NCBI GenBank assembly: GCA_037442745.1
Contig: JBBIPP010000001.1
Span: 1-13,788 of the forward strand
Length of the DNA stretch: 13,788 bases
From: an archaeon
Lineage (GTDB): Archaea; SpSt-1190; DYHY01
Reading direction: 5' to 3'
The number at the start of each line of letters is the position of its first letter. Position 1 is the stretch's first letter. Positions 1 to 6,399 of the stretch are shown piece after piece. Below the pieces are notes generated by a model. It saw nothing but the letters and a program-made list of their open reading frames with translations, did not search any database and was not told the origin of the DNA. The position numbers and the translations under genes were made by a program.

Positions 1-1021
1 CTTCCTTTTTCGCATTGTAATTTTCCCTGGCTCCGTTAAGTGCCCGTGACAGGAAACCCTGTTTGTTTAAGAGGGCTTTCATCTCAACTCCAGACTTCCT
101 GAGAACTTCCTCTGCGTTCTGATATTTTTTCTTCTCTCCCTGTACTGCAGAATCGAAATCATTATATGCCGCCAGCCTCCTTGCTTCCGCAGCATCATTT
201 GTTCTGCGGTTAACGTCTTCTATCTGGATCTTTCCAAGTAACTCTAGGTTGGCAACTGCCTTGAGCCCTCTTGCGGACACGGCCGCTGCAGCTTCTTCTC
301 CTGCTTTTTTCAAGGCATCTGGTGTGTTGTTTGCGAGCCATTCTGCCACTGCTTTTGAGATTGCACCTTCTGAAACTACTGCTATTGTTCCGTTTTGAAC
401 ACCATCCAAGTAAGTTTGGGCATCCTTAAGCAAATCACTTAGACTTACTGTCTCGGTTTCTGTTTTCCTTTCTGTTGTCGAAACAAGTCTATATCCGTTT
501 TTTTCCAGCTCAGCTATTCCGGTAGCATCCGTCGGAGAAACAGTTATCTGCGAAACCTCTTCATATGAAGAGTTTAAAAGTTTGGAAATCGGTCTTCCTC
601 TTCCAGTTCCCAAAAATCCGCCGTCTGCCCTCCTCTCAAACGTTTTTCCTCCTTCAACAATTACTTTCTCTATAGTAACCTTTGGAGAGTCCCCCGCAAC
701 CTTAGATTTCAGTATTATCTGAGATCCGGAAACCCCTGTTGTTGGGCTAACATATTGGTCGAAAGAAGTGTATCTTTCGGCCTCTAAACGCGCGGCAGTT
801 CTTTGATTCTCTATCTCAGAAAGCAAAGCTTCCATTTGAGTATTCATCTGATTTCCAACAACTTTGTCCGCATTTCCTGCCAAAGTTGTAAAGACACCAT
901 CCGCCTCCACTCCGGTAAGAACCTGTTTGAAAACGTCCGCATAGTTTTTCAGAACGTCAGATACCCCTGAAGGTAAGGGCATATCCAAATATGTTGCCGT
1001 TTTTCTTTTCTTTGCTACCAT
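1..1021 (-). CDS. Hypothetical protein, 3'-partial (>=340 aa), Ala/Glu/Lys-rich, probably alpha-helical and cytoplasmic
   Basis: Not in the ORF track because it has no stop in the window. I translated it by hand from ATG at 1021 (MVAKKRKTATYLDMPLPSGVSDVLKNYADVFKQVL...LNGARENYNAKKE); it is stop-free to the window edge. GTGAT RBS-like motif and TTATATAAA box upstream. No recognisable family, signal peptide or TM helix. Confidence 0.85.
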   Translation of the reverse strand, partial: MVAKKRKTATYLDMPLPSGVSDVLKNYADVFKQVLTGVEADGVFTTLAGNADKVVGNQMNTQMEALLSEIENQRTAARLEAERYTSFDQYVSPTTGVSGSQIILKSKVAGDSPKVTIEKVIVEGGKTFERRADGGFLGTGRGRPISKLLNSSYEEVSQITVSPTDATGIAELEKNGYRLVSTTERKTETETVSLSDLLKDAQTYLDGVQNGTIAVVSEGAISKAVAEWLANNTPDALKKAGEEAAAAVSARGLKAVANLELLGKIQIEDVNRRTNDAAEARRLAAYNDFDSAVQGEKKKYQNAEEVLRKSGVEMKALLNKQGFLSRALNGARENYNAKKE

Positions 1022-1055
1022 TTTTTATCACTTAAAAATAACATATTAACTAATC

Positions 1056-1072
1056 CTTTATATAACTTTGCC
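1056..1072 (-). promoter_or_regulatory. Putative archaeal BRE/TATA promoter for the leftward gene
   Basis: Minus strand reads GGCAAAG-TTATATAAAG, with the TATA at 1057-1065, about 36-44 nt upstream of ATG 1021 in the AT-rich divergent spacer. Confidence 0.6.
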
Positions 1073-1084
1073 ACGTTATAGTTG

Positions 1085-1140
1085 TAAAAACGTTATTTAG
1101 CCTTATAAAGGACCTTTTCCAAGTAAAAACTGATATATCG
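1085..1140 (+). promoter_or_regulatory. Candidate promoter region for the tadC/pilin operon
   Basis: Several TATA-like candidates: AAAAAC-GTTATTTAG (1086-1100), CTTATAAA (1102-1109) and AAAAAC-TGATATAT (1125-1138, about 26 nt before ATG 1165). I cannot tell which is used. Confidence 0.4.
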
Positions 1141-1164
1141 AAAGAGGGGTTTCTCAAGGAAAGA

Positions 1165-3300
1165 ATGTCCTCAAGCTCCAGTTATGGCTCTTCTCAGTCT
1201 GGATATTCCCAGACTGGGAATGTTAACCCAACCCTCTCTGGAGCCGGAAACCTCCCGACATACAAGAGCTTCTTCACTCCGGAGGAAACTGCGCTATTCA
1301 CAAGCCATTATTTCAAGGCATACAGAAGCGAGGAGAAAATAGAGGCATCAACTCTCTATGAGAAATTGTGCACATCAGTTCCCAAGTGGGCGGAAATCCC
1401 AATGCCGCTCAGCAAGGACTCTTTTGCCGGAACTCTTCGGGAAGCTCTCCTCGTCTGCACTCCGAACCAGGTTTTCACAATGGCGTTCTATTCGTTCATG
1501 TTCGCAATGTTCCTCTCAGTCTTCGGCCTGACATATCTTCCCTATTCCGGGATATTGCTCGCAGTCGCTTTCGCTACCCCGTTTCTAATTGCTGGGGTCT
1601 ATTTCCTTTATCCAATAATCAAGATACGGATGGACAGGATGGCTGTTGTCGGGGAAGCTCCCTTGGCAATTCTCTATCTAGTAATATCCCTCCGCGTTTC
1701 CCCGTCCCTTGAGAGGGCAGTCTCCTATGCCAGCAAGAACGTTCCGGAGCCGATTGGGCGGGAATTCAAGTTCCTGATGTGGGACGTTTCAATGAAAACG
1801 AAAAATTCTATGAAGGACGCTGTCGGGGCATATAGCGCAAAGGTAAAATCCTGGGCTCCGGGATATTCGGACGCGCTCTATCTTGTCGCGAACTCGGTTG
1901 AGGAGCCCTCGAACAAGAGCAGGCTCGCAGTCCTTGAAAAGGCAATGGAGAACGCTCTTGAGAGCACTAAATCAATTATGGACAATTTCGCGCGGGGCCT
2001 CGGGATGCCTGTCGCGGTCACTAACGCCTTGGCAATCCTCCTACCGATTCTAGGCCTTGTAATGGCCCCGATGGCCTCAATGTTCATGAAGCAGGCGGGG
2101 GCGCTTCCAACGCTTCTCGTCCTTGTCTATGACTTTTTCCTTCCGGCAGTCCTCTTTGGAGTAGTTCTCCTGATAATATCTAGAAGGCCGTCCACATTTT
2201 CAGAAATTGACATTTCGGGCGATCCGGAAATTCCAAAGGAGGGCTATTACAGGATAAAGGGAGCGGGCGACATCCCGATTGGCCTCGTCTGTTTCGCGAT
2301 TTTCATTGTCCTTGCGTTCGTCTCGATCTCAATAGTAATCAGCACTGCAGGGGGCGTCTTCCTTCCATCTCCTCCGAAAGGAATGGGGAATGCCACTGGA
2401 TACACTGCCCTAAACACGCTTCCAATTGTCCTCGCGCTCGGGATATCAATAGGCCTCTACTATTACCTGAAGAACGTCCAGAAAATAAAGAGCAGGAAGA
2501 GGATTATAGAAATGGAGCGGGAATTCGCTTCAAGCCTCTTTCAATTGGGAAACATTCTTGAGCAGGGCAAACCATTGGAGGAGGCCTTTGAATATTCCGC
2601 CAAGGGCCTGAAAGGGACGAACTCGGCCGAGTTCTTCGTTGCAACAATAAGGAACGTCCGGCAAATGGGATTCCCGATTAAGCGGGCGATTTTCGACCCG
2701 AAATACGGCTCAATGAGCAAGGTGTCCTCTACCCTTATGAAGAACATTCTGGGAGTAATTATCGAGTCAGCGGACAGCGGGCCGATTGTAGCGTCCCAGA
2801 CAACCCTATCAATTTCAAACTATATCAGGAACATCCAAAACGTCCAGGAGAAAATTACAGACAGCCTATCTGACAACGTCACATCAATGCGCTTCCAGGC
2901 GCTTATTCTCGTCCCCCTTATTAGCGCGGTAATTGTCGGCCTGACGCAAATGGTGACTAACATCCTCCTTGCAATGAGTAAGCAGGTTGGTGAGCTTTTC
3001 AGTGGCGCTGAAAACACTGGAATTGCAATGTCCTTGTTCTCAACTTCCCTCTTCAATGTTGGAAACATTATGCAGGGCTCCTTCCTCCAGATTGTCGTAG
3101 GCATCTACACACTAATTCTCCTAGCAACTCTTGGCTTTTTCGTTGCAGGTCTCTCCAACGGAATACAGGACAGAATCGAGGTTGAAATGAACATTGGAAA
3201 AACCCTTTTCCTAGGGACAATTATATACTCAATAATAGTCGTTGTTATTGTGACAACATTCACTGGTCTTACTGAAGGTCTTATGGGAGGGGGGTTCTAG
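1165..3300 (+). CDS. tadC: Type IV pilus/archaellum membrane platform protein, T2SS-F family (TadC/TadB/FlaJ-like) with two T2SSF domains, 711 aa
   Basis: Two repeats of the T2SSF pattern: 'EAPLAILYLVISLRVSPSLERAV...EPIGREF' and 'EREFASSLFQLGNILEQGKPLEEAF'. Each is followed by TM hairpins, with about 9 hydrophobic helices in total. Lies directly upstream of a prepilin array. The symbol is a family-level assignment. Confidence 0.88.
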   Translation: MSSSSSYGSSQSGYSQTGNVNPTLSGAGNLPTYKSFFTPEETALFTSHYFKAYRSEEKIEASTLYEKLCTSVPKWAEIPMPLSKDSFAGTLREALLVCTPNQVFTMAFYSFMFAMFLSVFGLTYLPYSGILLAVAFATPFLIAGVYFLYPIIKIRMDRMAVVGEAPLAILYLVISLRVSPSLERAVSYASKNVPEPIGREFKFLMWDVSMKTKNSMKDAVGAYSAKVKSWAPGYSDALYLVANSVEEPSNKSRLAVLEKAMENALESTKSIMDNFARGLGMPVAVTNALAILLPILGLVMAPMASMFMKQAGALPTLLVLVYDFFLPAVLFGVVLLIISRRPSTFSEIDISGDPEIPKEGYYRIKGAGDIPIGLVCFAIFIVLAFVSISIVISTAGGVFLPSPPKGMGNATGYTALNTLPIVLALGISIGLYYYLKNVQKIKSRKRIIEMEREFASSLFQLGNILEQGKPLEEAFEYSAKGLKGTNSAEFFVATIRNVRQMGFPIKRAIFDPKYGSMSKVSSTLMKNILGVIIESADSGPIVASQTTLSISNYIRNIQNVQEKITDSLSDNVTSMRFQALILVPLISAVIVGLTQMVTNILLAMSKQVGELFSGAENTGIAMSLFSTSLFNVGNIMQGSFLQIVVGIYTLILLATLGFFVAGLSNGIQDRIEVEMNIGKTLFLGTIIYSIIVVVIVTTFTGLTEGLMGGGF

Positions 3301-3303
3301 GGA

Positions 3304-3591
3304 ATGGGAAGAGAGGCCGAGAATATGGCGAGGTCCGGAGCGGGCGGGCGGATGGTTGACCAGTGTTATCAGGAATCCGGAAAATGGGAAATCCGGAGAC
3401 AGAGCCGGAAGGGAGACGTTTCAGTCAGCCCTTCAAAAGAGTCTGTCAAGAATGTCGGGCTCTTCATCCTTTTTATTGCAATAATAATACTCCTAATAGT
3501 CCTTCTTTGGAGGCATTTTTTCGAGGGCGGAAACATTGTGACAAGCCTCTTCTCCCAGCTTATGCGCCTGACTGAGCCGAGGTATTCCTGA
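3304..3591 (+). CDS. Small prepilin-like membrane protein with long leader (class III signal peptide RKG|D)
   Basis: RQSRKG|DVSV followed by hydrophobic helix GLFILFIAIIILLIVLLW. Starts 3 nt after the tadC stop and ends 1 nt before the next ATG. Alternative starts at 3325 and 3352. The hydrophobic core begins about 15 aa after the motif, later than usual. Confidence 0.72.
   Translation: MGREAENMARSGAGGRMVDQCYQESGKWEIRRQSRKGDVSVSPSKESVKNVGLFILFIAIIILLIVLLWRHFFEGGNIVTSLFSQLMRLTEPRYS
3346..3417 (+). repeat. Diverged 72-bp direct repeat, copy 1 (pilin leader segment)
   Basis: Ungapped hand alignment to 4311-4382 gives about 53/72 identical nt. Confidence 0.8.
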
Positions 3592-3592
3592 A

Positions 3593-3970
3593 ATGGCGAA
3601 ACGTTTAGGAGAAGCAACTGCCTGGCCAATGAGCGCGGTTTTTATTGCTGGAGCGGCTGCCCTGATAATCGTCGCCCTCATTCTCTTCGCTTTCCTTGGA
3701 GGGAGCTTTGGAAAGCGCCTCTCAGAAAGGTTCGTTGACATTTTCTTCTCAATCTCCCTCCCAATTTCCCCTATTTTCCTGAAAAGAAAGAGAGTAAAAA
3801 GAAAGGGGCAGGTTGACGACGAGGCAGTCCTCACTGTGACAATAATAATCGGCGCGCTCTTTGCCCTGATTGCGCTCCTCTACTTGGGTTTTGTTAATGA
3901 CGGCTTTGCGAAGGCAGGGTCAATAATAAAGCAGAGGTTCGAGAGAACGGGGGGTTTTTTCGGGACATGA
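3593..3970 (+). CDS. Prepilin-like protein with two tandem class III signal/pilin modules, 125 aa
   Basis: N-terminal MAKRLG|EATAWPM plus hydrophobic helix. Internal KRKRVKRKG|QVDDEAVLTVTIIIGALFALIALLYLGF, with Q73 at nt 3809. Confidence 0.8.
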   Translation: MAKRLGEATAWPMSAVFIAGAAALIIVALILFAFLGGSFGKRLSERFVDIFFSISLPISPIFLKRKRVKRKGQVDDEAVLTVTIIIGALFALIALLYLGFVNDGFAKAGSIIKQRFERTGGFFGT

Positions 3971-4152
3971 CAAAAAGGCGGGCCCAGAACGGGTCAATGA
4001 TTTTCTGGATAGTTGTTGTCAGCGCCTGCGCGCTTTTTGCGGGAATTGTCCTCTATTACATGCTAAAACCGGACCTCTCCCTCCTTGCGAATCCGGATCC
4101 AATGAAGAAAACCGCGACAGATATTGTTGACAAGCTCCTTGGGATGGGCTGA
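3967..4152 (+). CDS. Micro-pilin, class III signal peptide (KRRA|Q), 61 aa
   Basis: MTKRRA|QNGSMIFWIVVVSACALFAGIVLYYML. ATGA overlap with the upstream stop. Confidence 0.8.
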   Translation: MTKRRAQNGSMIFWIVVVSACALFAGIVLYYMLKPDLSLLANPDPMKKTATDIVDKLLGMG

Positions 4153-4170
4153 CTTGGGTGAGATGAAAAA

Positions 4171-4302
4171 ATGAATGAGCGGAAATCCCAAACTGAAATG
4201 CCAATGATGATTGTCTGGCTGATTCTGGGATTAATTGGCCTCGCAATCGTGATTGTTCTCGCAATGCAGGGAAAGGATCTCTTCAAGGCGGTGCTTTGGT
4301 AG
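4171..4302 (+). CDS. Micro-pilin, class III signal peptide (RKS|Q), 43 aa; not in the ORF track
   Basis: Hand translation MNERKS|QTEMPMMIVWLILGLIGLAIVIVLAMQGKDLFKAVLW*. GGGTGA RBS at 4156-4161. Fills the gap between neighbours, with its stop 2 nt before ATG 4305. Confidence 0.8.
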   Translation: MNERKSQTEMPMMIVWLILGLIGLAIVIVLAMQGKDLFKAVLW

Positions 4303-4304
4303 GG

Positions 4305-4949
4305 ATGCGTGAGCGGAGGGTTGAATTGTGTCATCAGGAATCTGGACACGAGGAAATCTGGAGGCAAGGCAGAATGGGAGCCGACTATAGCGCGGTTTTT
4401 TACCTCCTGATCGCAATAGTAATAGTCGTCCTTTTGACGCTCGTTGTTCGGGTTGCTTGGGAAAAATACGTGGAAACGGAGGAGAGACAGAACCCGCCAG
4501 AGACCCCTATAGGGACAACAATTGGGAAACTCTGCCAATATGCTGACACGAGAACCGGGAGCGCAAAATCATTCTATACAGCTACAGGGGAAGTAGGTTA
4601 TCGTAACAGGGACATTTTCACCCGGGAGATGTTTTCGGCAAGGCTTGTCGAATGCTTCCAGCCTGACACTTGCATTGAGGCGGACGCGTCAGGAAACTGC
4701 CTTGAATCCTGGAGCGGAACAGTTTCCCTAGAATTCGCTGAAACCTGCCAGTTTGGGTCGGAGAATTTCGGTGGGCTCTCAGGGAAAATAATCTGCTCTC
4801 AAGGAGAGGATTGCTCCGGAAACCTGATGGGAAACTATGAGGTTGAAGTCAAGACAATTCTCGGGGACTATTCGGTAACCGCCCTTCCGGATTTCTGCAT
4901 ATGGTTTAGGCCTGTTGATTCAACAAGCGGGCTTGTGGGGGCGACTTGA
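4305..4949 (+). CDS. Cys-rich pilin-like protein with long leader (GRMG|A), 214 aa
   Basis: Start re-assigned from 4296 to ATG 4305. RQGRMG|ADYSAVFYLLIAIVIVVLLTLVV, then a domain with 8 Cys. Confidence 0.8.
   Translation: MRERRVELCHQESGHEEIWRQGRMGADYSAVFYLLIAIVIVVLLTLVVRVAWEKYVETEERQNPPETPIGTTIGKLCQYADTRTGSAKSFYTATGEVGYRNRDIFTREMFSARLVECFQPDTCIEADASGNCLESWSGTVSLEFAETCQFGSENFGGLSGKIICSQGEDCSGNLMGNYEVEVKTILGDYSVTALPDFCIWFRPVDSTSGLVGAT
4311..4382 (+). repeat. Diverged 72-bp direct repeat, copy 2 (pilin leader segment)
   Basis: About 74% identical to 3346-3417, ungapped, in the same reading frame relative to each gene. Confidence 0.8.
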
Positions 4950-5602
4950 TGGGGGACAACGAATTCGGGGCGAACACCCTTCTCGGATTCTTGAGCGTCC
5001 TAGTTGTCGCGGTCCTTGTTGTCTGGGCGGTTTTCGGCCCAATCAGGGAAAAATTCGGGGAATCAATGGATAATTTGGAAAACTGCCGGTGCTCTGTTCC
5101 GGATCCAGTCCAGATAACCCTGAGCAAGGGGCGCGTTCTTGCGACTGCGGATTCTGAGAACAGGGCTAAGGACCCATTCATTGAGGACGGCTTTGACGGG
5201 ATTGAAATAGACATCTGCAACTGCGAAGGAACGCCGTTGAATCTCGAGAACATGCGGATTGTTTTCAATGTTACCTATGACTGCTCACTTGAGAAATACG
5301 GGGACGGAACGCTCGTCAGGGAGTACAGAATCCCCAAGGACTTGAGAAAAGTCTCCCTTCCGAGAAACAAGGGAGTTTATTTCAAGTACAGAGACCTGAC
5401 TGCAAGTGTCGGAACTTTTGAATACACTCTCTATTCCAAGGAAGCAAAAGAGTTGAGGCTCGAAATGTTTCTCCCGAGAACTGATTCCTCCGGAAGGTGG
5501 CGAGCAGAAGCATACGTTGATGGTCGGCTCTCCGGAATGAGGGAAGGATGGGTTGAGTTCGAGAACAAAATGACTAGCGAAATGTGCGTTCTTGGTGGAT
5601 GA
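4949..5602 (+). CDS. Pilin-like N-terminally anchored protein with atypical acidic leader, 217 aa
   Basis: TGATG stop/start overlap at 4947-4951. MGDNEFG|ANTLLGFLSVLVVAVLVVWAVFG. 6 Cys including two CxC, and a beta-strand-like C-terminal domain. Confidence 0.78.
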   Translation: MGDNEFGANTLLGFLSVLVVAVLVVWAVFGPIREKFGESMDNLENCRCSVPDPVQITLSKGRVLATADSENRAKDPFIEDGFDGIEIDICNCEGTPLNLENMRIVFNVTYDCSLEKYGDGTLVREYRIPKDLRKVSLPRNKGVYFKYRDLTASVGTFEYTLYSKEAKELRLEMFLPRTDSSGRWRAEAYVDGRLSGMREGWVEFENKMTSEMCVLGG

Positions 5603-5805
5603 TTCGAATGGCTGAAAGACAATATAAAAAAGGAAGAAAAGCGGAAGGGGAAGGAAGGGGTTTCGCAATGAACTTTACAATCGGGATTGTCGGGGGGCTG
5701 ATAGTTTTCCTCGTAATTGTCTTCCTAATTGCATATGCAAGAGGCTCTCTTGAAGGAAACCTATTTTCCCTCCGGCAACCCGGGAAATTCGTTCTTCCCT
5801 TCTGA
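5599..5805 (+). CDS. Micro-pilin, class III signal peptide (RKA|E or GRG|F), 68 aa
   Basis: ATGA overlap at 5599-5602 (alternative ATG 5608). KKGRKA|EGEGRG|FAMNFTIGIVGGLIVFLVIVFLIAYA. Confidence 0.75.
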   Translation: MIRMAERQYKKGRKAEGEGRGFAMNFTIGIVGGLIVFLVIVFLIAYARGSLEGNLFSLRQPGKFVLPF

Positions 5806-5823
5806 AAGGGAAAAACAGAATTC

Positions 5824-5850
5824 CGATAAGTATTATAACCGGAAAGGAGG
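5824..5850 (+). promoter_or_regulatory. Putative internal BRE/TATA promoter and AGGAGG motif
   Basis: CGATAAG-TATTATAA (TATA 5831-5838), about 25 nt before ATG 5864, in a 58-nt gap. AGGAGG at 5845-5850. Confidence 0.5.
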
Positions 5851-5863
5851 AAAAAAAGCCGAA

Positions 5864-6373
5864 ATGGGCAGAAAAGCCGTTGAAATGGGCATCAATTTTG
5901 CTGTAATTATCCTAATTGTCCTTGCAGTCGCAATGTGGGCGCTAGGCGGGATAAACATGGCCGGAACACTTTTCAAGCCAGTAGGAGAAGGAGGAAAGGA
6001 ATATACTTACCAAGTGAGCGGGAATTTTCCGCAGATTTGCGATGATTGGATTTCCTCCAGCGAGAAATATATTCCCTCATACATTCTCGGGGGCCCCTTC
6101 AGGCCGTCAGTCACAAAGTCTGCGGAAACCCAAGGGGCAAAGTTCGCTTGTTGCACAAAGAGCCTGAACCTCGCTGCAGAGAACCTGAAGAGCAAGGGCA
6201 AATATTTCACGAGCGATGAAGAGGCTTCCTGGAATCTTGTCAACCGATGCCTTGATGCCTGCCATGCTGTCGTGAATGCGCGGACAGCCTGCAACAATAA
6301 CAACAACATTTCTGAAAAGTTCGACAAATGCATGACAAGACAGCTTGAGAACTTCGATTCTTGCAAAGAGTAG
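5864..6373 (+). CDS. Cys-rich pilin (RKA|V), CxxW / C-x3-C-x9-C family, 169 aa
   Basis: Start re-assigned from 5729 to ATG 5864: MGRKA|VEMGINFAVIILIVLAVAMWAL. Contains CDDW and CLDACHAVVNARTAC; 8 Cys. Confidence 0.85.
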   Translation: MGRKAVEMGINFAVIILIVLAVAMWALGGINMAGTLFKPVGEGGKEYTYQVSGNFPQICDDWISSSEKYIPSYILGGPFRPSVTKSAETQGAKFACCTKSLNLAAENLKSKGKYFTSDEEASWNLVNRCLDACHAVVNARTACNNNNNISEKFDKCMTRQLENFDSCKE

Positions 6374-6399
6374 AGAAGGCACTGGAAAGGGTTTCCAAT

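Noticed and set aside
5729-5863. ORF-track N-terminal extensions (5729; also 4296, 4946, 5584, 6361, 7803, 8240)
   Set aside because: They overlap upstream genes or a promoter-like gap. Downstream ATGs give stop/start coupling and normal prepilin leaders.
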